Shown: in pieces, positions 15,720-24,181 of the stretch
How positions within the stretch are numbered: position 1 is the stretch's first letter
Layout: each line of letters opens with the position of its first letter
Assembly (NCBI GenBank): GCA_030043855.1
Contig: JASHWW010000006.1
Coordinates: forward strand, 1-41,803
Direction of reading: 5' to 3'
Length of the DNA stretch: 41,803 nt
From: Thermoplasmata archaeon
GTDB taxonomy: Archaea > Thermoplasmatota > Thermoplasmata > Lutacidiplasmatales > UBA184
Program-made: the position numbers and the translations under genes
Notes under the pieces: generated by a model
Told to the model about the DNA's origin: nothing
Seen by the model: the letters and a program-made list of their open reading frames with translations, nothing else
Databases searched by the model: none

Positions 15720-16445
15720 ATGGGAGGCTCCGGAACTCCGCCGCCGGTCCGGGACGAGAAGGGGATCGAGCGCCTGTCGTTGGGGGCGGCGCTCGGGATC
15801 GCGGGGGCGGCGGTCGCCCTCGTCTCTCCGATCGTCTTCGTGCTCATCGTCGCGTTCGCGCCCGGCGGATTCTTCACGTTCCAGACGACGTTCGTGCAGG
15901 TCACGGGCGCCCTCGTCATCGCCGGCGCCGTTCTGCTGTTGGTCTCGTTGTTCGTCTATCGGCGCGCTTTCGCCCAGCTGCGCAAGGTCGACCGCCGGTT
16001 CCTGAGCGCCTCCGTCCTGTGCCTCATCGGGTCGATCGGGTTCCTGCTCCTGATCGTCTCCGCGACCCTGGTGATCGGGAACGCGAGCTCGCTCCTCTCC
16101 TGCGTCAAGGGCCAGCCGAGTCACGCGCTGACCTGCTTGCGTTCGGGGAACGCGCTCGGGGCGTACACGGGGCTCGCGGGCTTCTGGCTCGGGTGGCTCG
16201 GTGGGGTCGGCATCGTCGTGGGGATCTCGTTCGCGGGGAGCCGGTTCGGCCGCGGCGCGTTCTACGGCGGGGCGGTGACGTACGCGATCCTCCTGCTGCT
16301 CCTGATCGGCCCGTTCCTCAACCTCCTCTATCCGGTGCCGGGGATCCGCTACCTCCTCTGGGGCGTCCCGATCTTCTCGCTGCTCGGGCCGGCGCTGGTG
16401 CTCGTCGGGAGTCGGAGCGCGACGCCCGTCGCGGCCCCGAGCTGA
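15720..16445 (+). CDS. integral membrane protein, tentatively DUF973-like
   Basis: About 6 TM segments, with YRRAFAQLRKVDRRFLSASVLCLIGSIGFLLLIV between helices, reminiscent of archaeal DUF973 proteins. GAGAGGG lies 8 nt upstream of the ATG. Confidence 0.5.
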   Translation: MGGSGTPPPVRDEKGIERLSLGAALGIAGAAVALVSPIVFVLIVAFAPGGFFTFQTTFVQVTGALVIAGAVLLLVSLFVYRRAFAQLRKVDRRFLSASVLCLIGSIGFLLLIVSATLVIGNASSLLSCVKGQPSHALTCLRSGNALGAYTGLAGFWLGWLGGVGIVVGISFAGSRFGRGAFYGGAVTYAILLLLLIGPFLNLLYPVPGIRYLLWGVPIFSLLGPALVLVGSRSATPVAAPS

Positions 16446-16470
16446 TCGGGACGAAGGAGCGACGGAACCG

Positions 16471-17055
16471 ATGTCGGACCGCACCGAGCTGCTCACGGTC
16501 GGGGGCGGATGCTTCTGGTGCACGGAGGCCGTCTTCTCCGACCTCCGGGGCGTCACGTCCGTCCTCCCCGGATACTCCGGCGGCCGCGGGGTCGACCCGT
16601 CCTACGAGGACGTTTGCACCGGTCGGACCGGACATGCGGAGGTCGTCCAGATCGCGTTCGATCCGGGCGAGATCTCGCTCCACGACCTCCTGTCGATCTT
16701 CTTCACGGTCCACGACCCGACGACCAAGGACCGACAGGGGAACGACGTCGGACCGCAGTACCGCTCGGTGATCTTCTACCGCTCGCCAGAGCAGAAGGCG
16801 ACCGCCGAGCAAGTGATCCGCGAGGTCGGGGCCGAGCGGATCTGGCGACGGCCGATCGTGACCGAGGTGACCCCGTTCGCCGCGTTCTATCCCGCGGAGG
16901 AGTACCACCGGGACTACTTCCGTCGGAACCCGGAGCGGGCGTACTGCCAGATGATCATCGCCCCGAAAGTCGCGAAGTTCCGGCACAAGTTCGCGGACCG
17001 GCTGCGCGGGTCGGACCCCGGTGGTCGGGCTCAGAGCGCCAGCACCGCGAAGTAG
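16471..17055 (+). CDS. msrA: peptide-methionine (S)-S-oxide reductase MsrA
   Basis: GGGCFWCTEAVF, HAEVVQIAFDP, GNDVGPQYRS and AEEYHRDYF are present. Confidence 0.95.
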   Translation: MSDRTELLTVGGGCFWCTEAVFSDLRGVTSVLPGYSGGRGVDPSYEDVCTGRTGHAEVVQIAFDPGEISLHDLLSIFFTVHDPTTKDRQGNDVGPQYRSVIFYRSPEQKATAEQVIREVGAERIWRRPIVTEVTPFAAFYPAEEYHRDYFRRNPERAYCQMIIAPKVAKFRHKFADRLRGSDPGGRAQSASTAK

Positions 17056-17603
17056 ACCGCGAACCCGAGCACGATCGCGGCGGAGACCCAGCGGACCCCC
17101 GTCTGGACCCGGGGCGACCGTCGGGTCCCCGCGTGGACCGCGGCCGGGAAGACGACGATCCACACGGCGATGGCGCCGAACAGTCCGCCGAGGAGGACCG
17201 CCCCTCCCAGGTACGCGAACGCGACGCCCGCCGTGAGCCACCAGAGGATCTGGAACGGGTTGGAGAGTCCGACGGCGAGGGCCTGGAGGTAGGTCGTCCC
17301 CTCCGGGTCCGAGGTCGTCATCGGGGGCGGGGCGCGGAGCAATCGTACCCCGAGGAACGCCATGACGCCGGCGCCCAGGACGTAGATGCCCCGAACGATC
17401 GCGTGGAGGTCGACCACCGCCTGGAGGGAATAGACCGCCGAGCCGAGGATCGCGTCGGAGGTCATCGCGCCCAGCCCCGTGACCATGCCCGCGCGTCGGG
17501 AGCCGACCGACCGGTGCGCGATCAGCGCGTTCATCGGGCCGGGCGGCACCGTCAGGGAGAAGCCGAGCGCGAGCCCGAGCAGGAGCGCGGTTCCGGCCGT
17601 CAT
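17031..17603 (-). CDS. LysE/RhtB-family amino-acid efflux protein
   Basis: LLLGLALGFSLTVPPGPMNALIAHRSV is the LysE N-terminal signature; about 6 TM segments. There is a convergent 25-nt overlap with msrA. Confidence 0.8.
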   Translation of the reverse strand: MTAGTALLLGLALGFSLTVPPGPMNALIAHRSVGSRRAGMVTGLGAMTSDAILGSAVYSLQAVVDLHAIVRGIYVLGAGVMAFLGVRLLRAPPPMTTSDPEGTTYLQALAVGLSNPFQILWWLTAGVAFAYLGGAVLLGGLFGAIAVWIVVFPAAVHAGTRRSPRVQTGVRWVSAAIVLGFAVYFAVLAL

Positions 17604-17656
17604 CGGGGGTCGAGCGCCCCCGGCAGGGTTATGCGCGGGCGAGGGAAACGGCCGCC

Positions 17657-18106
17657 GTGGTGCACTTTCGGGAGGACGGCGTGTTCCCGTACCCGCGGGA
17701 CGTCCTGTGGCGATTCCTCGACCTCCACGTCCTCGACGATCGCATCCGCTCGATCCATCCGAGCGTGCTCGCCCAGCGGACGGTGTCGGCCACGCCGAAC
17801 CAGGTGGTCCTCGCCCGCACGCTGGTCGCTCGGGGCCGCGAGTATCCCGTGACCTGGACGATTACCACCGACCGGCCGAACGCGTTGCGCTGGGAGATCC
17901 CGACCGCCCCGCAGGGTCCGTTCGTGCCGGGGAGCTACGTCGCGAACCGGTATACGGAGGTCCCGGGGGGCACCCGGGTCGAGACGGAGGTCGAGATGTC
18001 GATCGTCGGGGTCCCGCGATTCCTGCAGACGCTCATCGTCCGACGGGTGCTGCGGGACATCGACGGCGAGGATCTCGCGTACCTGCGCTCCCACCGGATC
18101 GAGTGA
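17657..18106 (+). CDS. SRPBCC (START/polyketide-cyclase-like) family protein
   Basis: The 149-aa length and alternating beta pattern (VTWTITTDRPNALRWEI..YVANRYTEVPGGTRVETEVEMS) fit the family. The start is GTG. Confidence 0.55.
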   Translation: MVHFREDGVFPYPRDVLWRFLDLHVLDDRIRSIHPSVLAQRTVSATPNQVVLARTLVARGREYPVTWTITTDRPNALRWEIPTAPQGPFVPGSYVANRYTEVPGGTRVETEVEMSIVGVPRFLQTLIVRRVLRDIDGEDLAYLRSHRIE

Positions 18107-18147
18107 GCCGGGCGCACCGGTGCGTCGTCGCCGCCCGACGCGTCCGC

Positions 18148-18540
18148 TCAACTCCACGGCGGTTGGGGCCCGCCGGGAGGCGGCCCGGCCACCAGCACGA
18201 ACGGCCGCCAGGCGATGGCGAGCCCGCCCCCGACCACCGTGAGGAGGAACCCGATCAGGAAGCCGCCCAGGGCGAACGGGAGACTGACGAACGCGAGCAC
18301 GATCGCGGCGATCCCGAGCGCGGTCTTCGCGGGCGGCAGGGCGACGATCAGCGCGCCGACGAGGATCGTGACGAGCCCGTCGATCGCCCCGATGAAGAAC
18401 AGCCGTCCGCCCGGGACGTGCAAGTCAACGAGGACGATCCCGAACAGCGCGAGGAAGAGCCCGCCGACCAGGATGAAGAACCCCCCGACGATCGTGATCA
18501 GCCCGGCCAGCGTCGGCCGTCGTCCCAGGACCGCGACCAC
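18148..18540 (-). CDS. hypothetical small integral membrane protein (about 4 TM)
   Basis: Only the C-terminal 130 codons of track ORF 18148..19110 are hydrophobic and coding-like (LITIVGGFFILVGGLFLALFGIVLV..). GTG 18540 lies 26 nt downstream of the OsmC stop. Confidence 0.5.
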   Translation of the reverse strand: MVAVLGRRPTLAGLITIVGGFFILVGGLFLALFGIVLVDLHVPGGRLFFIGAIDGLVTILVGALIVALPPAKTALGIAAIVLAFVSLPFALGGFLIGFLLTVVGGGLAIAWRPFVLVAGPPPGGPQPPWS

Positions 18541-18566
18541 GCGGTCCCGACCGTCCCCGAATATTA

Positions 18567-19013
18567 CTAGGCTCGGGTCGGAGCCCCGTTCACGCTCGTA
18601 TCGATGGGAATCCCGGCGCGGACGGCGCCCGAGACCGTGCAGTACTCCTCGAACACCGAGATGCAACGGTCCATCCGCGGACGGTCGGCCTCGTCCACGG
18701 GGTCGGCGCGGATGGCGACGCGTAGGCGAACCACCCGTTGCCGGCCGGCGGCGTTGCGGCCGACCTCGTTGGCCACGGTCGTTTCGATCGCACGGACCGG
18801 GATCCGCGCGCGGCGAAGGCAGTCGTACAACGTGGTGCTCATGCAGTGTCCGACGGCGACCGCAAGGACATCCCGCGGCGCCGGCCCCGCACCGCCTCCC
18901 AGGGGGGGCGGCTCGTCCACGGTCCACGGTCCGTACGTCCGGCCCTCGAATCGGACGCGGTAACGAAAGTCGGCGTCCTGGTGCAGTATCGGGTCCCCTG
19001 CGTTGATGTCCAT
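18567..19013 (-). CDS. OsmC/Ohr-family peroxiredoxin-like protein
   Basis: Two conserved Cys contexts, VAVGHCMSTTL and FEEYCTVSGAV. An internal ATG 19013 (MDINAGDP) fits the family length. Confidence 0.8.
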   Translation of the reverse strand: MDINAGDPILHQDADFRYRVRFEGRTYGPWTVDEPPPLGGGAGPAPRDVLAVAVGHCMSTTLYDCLRRARIPVRAIETTVANEVGRNAAGRQRVVRLRVAIRADPVDEADRPRMDRCISVFEEYCTVSGAVRAGIPIDTSVNGAPTRA

Positions 19014-19108
19014 CGGCCCTCGCGGGGCCAGACCCCGGGGGGATTTGTCCGCGTCGTGACGCGCGCGTCGTCCCGGAGAGGGTAAGGCCGCGGGCGCGTT
19101 CCCGAGGC

Positions 19109-19540
19109 ATGGCACGTTCCGAGGGGGGAGACGGCCCCGTGCTCTGGCGGAACGGCCGGGTCGTTCTCCCGGAGACCTATCGCGAACGGGCTCGGTCGGT
19201 CGCCGACGGACCGCGAGCCGGTCCCTGGTCGACCGTCCTGGTCGGGACCCTCACGCTTCTGCTGGCCGGCGTGCTGGCCGTCCGGGGCGCGCCGGTCGCG
19301 GCGGCCGCGGGCGTGGGGCTGTTCCTGGCGGCGGGAGTGGCCGCGGGGGCCGAGCGACGCGCGCTGACGGTCGGACTCGCCGTTTCCGCCATCGTCTGGA
19401 CCGCGCTGGGGATCGGGGCATCGCTCGACCCTTCGCCGGTTCCCGGGTTCGGGCTCGCCGTCCTCGGTCTTGCAGGGGCCGTCGTCGTGGGTTTCGGGGG
19501 ATGGCGACTGCGGTCCCTTCCGGGGGCCCCCGCGGCGTAG
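19109..19540 (+). CDS. hypothetical membrane protein (about 4 TM)
   Basis: Ala/Gly/Leu-rich helices. GGGTAAGG at about 19079-19086 lies 23 nt upstream of the ATG. Confidence 0.5.
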   Translation: MARSEGGDGPVLWRNGRVVLPETYRERARSVADGPRAGPWSTVLVGTLTLLLAGVLAVRGAPVAAAAGVGLFLAAGVAAGAERRALTVGLAVSAIVWTALGIGASLDPSPVPGFGLAVLGLAGAVVVGFGGWRLRSLPGAPAA

Positions 19541-19558
19541 GATCGGAGCAGGTCCCGG

Positions 19559-19568
19559 TCGCTATAAG
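19559..19568 (+). promoter_or_regulatory. archaeal TATA box (TCGCTATAAG) for the TrmB-family gene
   Basis: TATAAG lies 24 nt upstream of ATG 19593. Confidence 0.6.
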
Positions 19569-19592
19569 CCGATACGACGACCATCGGGACCG

Positions 19593-20510
19593 ATGCCGAC
19601 CGCGCGGGCCGAGTTCGACTGGCCCGAGCTGCTGCGTGCGATGGGACGATTCGGCCTCTCGACGCGCGAGGCGAGCCTCTACCTCCTCGCCCTGCGCCGC
19701 GGACGGGCCACCGCCCGGGAATTGACTCGCGAGTCGTCGCTCGACCGCGTCCTGGCGTACCGGACGCTGGACGCGATGCGGGCGCGCGGGCTCATTCAGG
19801 TGACCCTCGAGCGCCCCCGCCGCTACATCGCCGTCCCACCCCGCGTCGTCTTCGAACGCAACCTCCTCGAACGACGGCGGGCGTTGGACGAGGACGAAGG
19901 CCTCGCGCGCGACCTGGGCCGACGGTTGCCCGAGCTCCGGGACGCCGCGCCGTCCGGAGCGCCGCGGTTCGAGGTGATCACGGGCGGGGACGCGATCTAT
20001 CCGTATCTGCGCGACATGGTCCGGCGTGCGACCCGGGACGTTCGTACGATGATCACGTCCCGTGCGCTCCGCGAGTCCGTCCGCAATCGCACCTACGAGG
20101 ACCTCCCTCGGTTCCTCCGCGAGGGGGGGGAATTCCGGATGATCGCGGGCTCGGATCCGTTCGCCCGCCGTCTGCTCGGCCGGATCCGCCGCCTCGGCCG
20201 CGTCTACCAGCGCGCGGAGGTCCGTTCCCGGGACGATCTCACCGTGCGGTTGACGATCGTCGACGGTCGCGAGGCGCTGGTCTTCCTCGTTCCCGAGCCG
20301 GGCACCGGAGGGGTGCCGGAGGTGGCGGTGTGGAGCGACACCTCGGAATTCGTCGGGGCCCAGCGAGCCCTGTTCGACGCCAATTGGGCCGGGGCCCGTG
20401 CGGAGCCGTCCGCGGGGAAGCGCTCGGCTCCGGTGCGAACGGCGGAACGGGTTGGACGGGGCGGCCGATCTACGGGTGCTTCGCCATCCCGAGAACTTCG
20501 GCCTCGGTGA
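19593..20510 (+). CDS. TrmB-family transcriptional regulator
   Basis: LSTREASLYLLALRRGRATARELTRESSLDRVLAYRTLDAMRARGLIQV is the TrmB wHTH, followed by a coiled coil and a C-terminal effector-like domain. TATAAG at 19563-19568 lies 24 nt upstream of the ATG. Confidence 0.85.
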   Translation: MPTARAEFDWPELLRAMGRFGLSTREASLYLLALRRGRATARELTRESSLDRVLAYRTLDAMRARGLIQVTLERPRRYIAVPPRVVFERNLLERRRALDEDEGLARDLGRRLPELRDAAPSGAPRFEVITGGDAIYPYLRDMVRRATRDVRTMITSRALRESVRNRTYEDLPRFLREGGEFRMIAGSDPFARRLLGRIRRLGRVYQRAEVRSRDDLTVRLTIVDGREALVFLVPEPGTGGVPEVAVWSDTSEFVGAQRALFDANWAGARAEPSAGKRSAPVRTAERVGRGGRSTGASPSRELRPR

Positions 20511-20613
20511 CCTTCTTGTGGTGGGCATGCTCGACATGCCACTGGGTCAGGGAGACCAGCTCGCCCTTGTCCTTCGTCACAACCTCGAAGCCGTCCTCGC
20601 ACGCGACCTTCAT
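20470..20613 (-). CDS. DUF1059-family small metal-binding protein
   Basis: MKVACEDGFEVVTKDKGELVSLTQWHVEHAHHKKVTEAEVLGMAKHP. An alternative ATG lies at 20628. Only this 3' part of track ORF 20470..20988 is coding-like. Confidence 0.7.
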   Translation of the reverse strand: MKVACEDGFEVVTKDKGELVSLTQWHVEHAHHKKVTEAEVLGMAKHP

Positions 20614-20818
20614 TCGACCGCATCCCATGGTAGGATCCTCCGCCGTAGCGGCACCGTCCGGAACGCGATAACGGTCATTAAGAGTTGTCGTTACCGATTG
20701 CCACAACAACCTATGCCACGTCGCGTCTCCGGTACCGCTCCGGCGCGGCGACCCGCGGTCGATCCCCGTCGCCGAAGGGTTTTCCCGCCGCGTGGCCTCC
20801 CCGCGCCGAGGGAGTCCC

Positions 20819-21019
20819 ATGGTCCAGAAGGTGACCGAAGTCGTCGGGGTGTCGAAGGACGGATTCGCGCGAGCGGCGGAGAACGCGGTGGCCACGGCCG
20901 CGAAGTCGGTCCGGAACCTCCGATGGTTCCGCGTAACCGAGCTCGAGGGGCGGATCCACGACCAGAAAGTGACCGAATACCACGCCACGGTGAAGCTCTA
21001 CTTCGACCTCGAGGAGTGA
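20819..21019 (+). CDS. dodecin-family flavin-binding protein
   Basis: MVQKVTEVVGVSKDGFARAAENAVATAAKSVRNLRWFRVTELEGRIHDQKVTEYHATVKLYFDLEE has the typical dodecin length and pattern. GAGGGAG lies 5 nt upstream of the ATG. Confidence 0.8.
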   Translation: MVQKVTEVVGVSKDGFARAAENAVATAAKSVRNLRWFRVTELEGRIHDQKVTEYHATVKLYFDLEE

Positions 21020-21113
21020 CCGGGCGCGTCGCGGGTCGCGCGACGTCGTGGGGCCCTCCGCGAACCCGCGACCCCGACGGGGATAAGTAGGGGGCTCCGC
21101 TCGGCGGGCGCCC

Positions 21114-21710
21114 ATGGCCTCGCGTTTCTGCACGCAGTGCGGCGGACCCAACCCGCCCAACGCCACCTTCTGCCAGTACTGCGGGAAGCCGCTCGCCGGG
21201 GCTCCGTCGGGCACTCCGATCCCGGGTGCGGTCCCGCCGTCGGGCGCAGCCCCGGCGGGCGGGTGGACCGGGCCTCCCGGCGGGTACGGGGCTCCGCCGC
21301 CGCCCCCTCGGCGCCGTTCCCACACCCTGCTCCGGATCTTCGCGATCCTGATCGGCATCGTTCTGGTGGCGTCGATCCTGGTCTACCTGTTCGTCCCGGT
21401 CTCCACGCCGAACGTCGACGTGACGGTGTTCGTATTCGAGTCGCCGAACAATATCTGCAACCTGAGCGGGGTCGAGTACTACGGGTTCAACACGACCCCC
21501 GGGGGCGCCGTCGGTGTCGAGCTGAACATCACGGGGAACACCACGGGCACGTGCACGATCGCGACGCTCACGACGACGACCCCCGGATTCAGCGTGTCGG
21601 GGGCGAACCTCCCCCTGGCCGTTCCGGAGAACACGAACGAGACCCTGGTGTTCAACCTGGGCCTCCCGAACGGTTCGTACACGGGGAATGTGACGCTCGT
21701 CGCGACCTGA
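21114..21710 (+). CDS. zinc-ribbon / TM / extracellular-domain protein (sequon-rich)
   Basis: An N-terminal CTQCG..CQYCG ribbon, a Pro/Gly linker, the TM segment LLRIFAILIGIVLVASILVYLF, then a roughly 110-aa domain with 7 N-x-S/T sequons. Confidence 0.7.
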   Translation: MASRFCTQCGGPNPPNATFCQYCGKPLAGAPSGTPIPGAVPPSGAAPAGGWTGPPGGYGAPPPPPRRRSHTLLRIFAILIGIVLVASILVYLFVPVSTPNVDVTVFVFESPNNICNLSGVEYYGFNTTPGGAVGVELNITGNTTGTCTIATLTTTTPGFSVSGANLPLAVPENTNETLVFNLGLPNGSYTGNVTLVAT

Positions 21711-21730
21711 TCGGTGGGCCGGGTCCCGCG

Positions 21731-23083
21731 CTACCAGCGACGATACGTCCGCCGCGCGGGGCGGGACGGTGCGGCGTCCCGGCGGGGTCCGGAGCCGCCG
21801 GAGCGCGGGCCCCCTCGACCTCGTCCCCGGCCGTCGCGGGGGCGTCCGCCCCGGCGCGGTTCGTGGCGACCCCCGCCCCCGCCGAACGCGGTCCGGGGGG
21901 GAGCGGGGGCGTCGTAGGCGAAGTCGGGGATCCGGGCCTTCGGGATCTCGAACCCGAGCAACTTCTGGATCTGGTCGAAGTCGTCCTGTTCCTCGGGGCT
22001 GACGAGGGTGAACGCGTCGCCGCGGCGTTGCGCCCGGGCGGTGCGCCCGACCCGGTGGATGTAGACCTCGGACTCGTGCGGGACGTCGTAGTTCACGACG
22101 TGGCTGACCCCTTCGACGTCGATCCCCCGGGCCGCGATGTCGGTCGCGACGAGCACCCGGTGTTCCCCTTCTCGGAACCCTTCGAGGGCGCGCACGCGCT
22201 GGCTCTGGCTCCGGTTCCCGTGGATCACGGTCACCGGGATCCCCCAGCCCATCAGCTGGCGGGCCAGTCGATCGGCGCGGTGCTTCGTGCGCGCGAAGAC
22301 GAGAACGCTGGTCATCGTCTCGTCGCGAAGGAGCTCGCGCAGGAGGGCCGCCTTCAGGTGCGACGGCACCGGGAGGGCGAGATGGCTCACGCCCACGGCG
22401 GCCACGGTCGCCGGTCCGACTTGCACCATGCGGGGGTCGCGCAGGAACTCGCGGGCCAGCCGGACGACCTCCGGCGGCATGGTGGCCGAGAAGAGCATCG
22501 TCTGGCGGTCCCGCGGGACCGCGGTGAGGATCCGTCGGACGTCCGGCAGGAACCCCATGTCGAGCATCCGGTCCGCCTCGTCGAGAACGAGGATCCGCAG
22601 GGCGCGGAAGTCGACGTAACCTCGGTTCATGTGATCGAGGAGCCGACCGGGGGTGGCGACGATGATCTCGGCCCCGCCGCGGAGCGCCCGCTCCTGCGGC
22701 TCCATCCCGACCCCGCCGTAGATCGCCGCGCCGCGACGGGTCGTGTACCGCCCGAGGCGCTGGAGGAACGTCTCGGCCTGGAGGGCGAGCTCCCGGGTCG
22801 GGGTGAGCACGAGCGCGTAGATGCGCCCGGGGGGCAGGTCGAGCGTCCGCTCGAGGATCGGCAGCAGGAAGGCGGCGGTCTTCCCGGTCCCGGTCTGCGC
22901 CGTGGCCACGACGTCCCGTCCTCCGACGGCTTCGGGGATCGCACGGCTCTGGATCGGAGTGGCCGCGTCGTATCCCATCTCGCGGACCCCCTTGCGGAGG
23001 ACCTCGCGCAGCGGCAGTTCGTCGAACTTGACCGCCGAGGTCGCGGGACCTGACGGCCGGGGACGCGGTTCGGGCTCACTCAT
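21731..23083 (-). CDS. DEAD-box ATP-dependent RNA helicase with a C-terminal Arg/Gly-rich tail
   Basis: Motifs TPIQ, AQTGTGKT, DEAD, SAT and HRVGRTARA. TCTTAAC (minus-strand reading of about 23110-23117) lies about 27 nt upstream of the ATG. Confidence 0.95.
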   Translation of the reverse strand: MSEPEPRPRPSGPATSAVKFDELPLREVLRKGVREMGYDAATPIQSRAIPEAVGGRDVVATAQTGTGKTAAFLLPILERTLDLPPGRIYALVLTPTRELALQAETFLQRLGRYTTRRGAAIYGGVGMEPQERALRGGAEIIVATPGRLLDHMNRGYVDFRALRILVLDEADRMLDMGFLPDVRRILTAVPRDRQTMLFSATMPPEVVRLAREFLRDPRMVQVGPATVAAVGVSHLALPVPSHLKAALLRELLRDETMTSVLVFARTKHRADRLARQLMGWGIPVTVIHGNRSQSQRVRALEGFREGEHRVLVATDIAARGIDVEGVSHVVNYDVPHESEVYIHRVGRTARAQRRGDAFTLVSPEEQDDFDQIQKLLGFEIPKARIPDFAYDAPAPPRTAFGGGGGRHEPRRGGRPRDGRGRGRGGPRSGGSGPRRDAAPSRPARRTYRRW

Positions 23084-23175
23084 GGACGGGCTGGTCGACC
23101 CCGCCCGAGGTTAAGACGAAGGTGGCGCCGGCGCGAGCGCCCGGCGGCTCCCGGGAACCCTTGAGTTCGCTCGCA

Positions 23176-23790
23176 ATGGGAGTCCCGATGCCCGCCCGAC
23201 CCGACCGTTCCCCCGGTCCGGCGATCCGGTTCGGTTCGCTCGTCGGGACGGCGCGGGACGCCGCCGTGCCGATCGTCCGCGCATCGTTCGTCGGCTACTA
23301 CCGGTGGCACGCGAAGCGGACGCTGCGGGAGGCCGACTGCGTACGGGGAGCGTACGTCGGGCCGGAGCTCGTCGGAGTGGCGATGCTGGACCGGCTGACC
23401 TCCGACGTGGGCTACGTGTTCTACCTCGCGGTCGTCCCGAACTACCGAGGGCAGGGGGTCGGAGCCGGCCTGCTCGACGACGCCCTCGCGGGGTTCCGCT
23501 CCGCCGGACTGCGGGTGGCGTACGGGGTGGTCGAGCCCGAGAACGGCCCCTCCCTCGGCCTGTTCCGATCCCGGGGGTTCCGGAACGTCGAGCGCAAGGA
23601 GCGGAGCTACCTCGACGGGGGCCTCGGCGCCTGGGGACTCCGTTCGAAGATGCGGATCGTGGGGGACGAGCTGCTTCTGGGTCTCCGTCTCGACTCCCCC
23701 TCGGGCGCGCCCTCGACCGGCGTGGCGGGGGTCGGTCACGCGTCGGCGGCGCCGTCGCGCGCCGGGGGCCGACGGGACCGGGCGTCCTGA
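23176..23790 (+). CDS. GNAT-family N-acetyltransferase
   Basis: YLAVVPNYRGQGVGAGLLDDAL is the acetyl-CoA-binding Q/RxxGxG/A motif, followed by GLFRSRGF. The start is ATG 23176, with 23188 or GTG 23122 as alternatives. Confidence 0.8.
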   Translation: MGVPMPARPDRSPGPAIRFGSLVGTARDAAVPIVRASFVGYYRWHAKRTLREADCVRGAYVGPELVGVAMLDRLTSDVGYVFYLAVVPNYRGQGVGAGLLDDALAGFRSAGLRVAYGVVEPENGPSLGLFRSRGFRNVERKERSYLDGGLGAWGLRSKMRIVGDELLLGLRLDSPSGAPSTGVAGVGHASAAPSRAGGRRDRAS

Positions 23791-24131
23791 ATCGCCTCCA
23801 GGACCTCCTCCGGGCGGGTCACTCGCCCGAGCCGGAATTCGGTGCCGTTGATCTCGACCCCGCCGAGCTCGATCCGGTCCCCGTAGCCGATGCGGAGGAA
23901 GAACCGACGCGACGAGAACGTGCGCACCTCCTCGAGACGCCACCGCACGGTCGCGTCCGAGCGTCCCCTCGGCCGGCGGAGGAACCCCCGGGCGGGAACG
24001 AACGCGCACTGGCGATCGGTCAGGACCAGCTCGCCGGAGACGACGGACTCCCCGGGCCCGACGAGCTCGGCGACCCAGCGCCGGAGCACCGCTTCGTTCT
24101 CGGCCACCGGGAACGAGGGTGGGGCGGCCAT
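23736..24131 (-). CDS. hypothetical PH/GRAM-like domain protein
   Basis: SGELVLTDRQCAFVP..VRWRLEEVRTFSS..FFLRIGYGDRIELG. CGATAAGGG (minus-strand reading of 24155-24163) lies about 24 nt upstream of the ATG. Confidence 0.5.
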   Translation of the reverse strand: MAAPPSFPVAENEAVLRRWVAELVGPGESVVSGELVLTDRQCAFVPARGFLRRPRGRSDATVRWRLEEVRTFSSRRFFLRIGYGDRIELGGVEINGTEFRLGRVTRPEEVLEAIQDARSRRPPARDGAADA

Positions 24132-24181
24132 CGATCCGATATCGCCGACCGGCCCTTATCGGTTGGGCCGAGGCGGCCGTC

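Noticed and set aside
21027-21072. Hairpins after the dodecin stop (CGTCGCG-GGTCG-CGCGACG, and GTCGCGGGT..ACCCGCGAC) considered as a terminator.
   Set aside because: No T-tract follows, GC-rich palindromes of this size are common at this base composition, and I have no conservation data.
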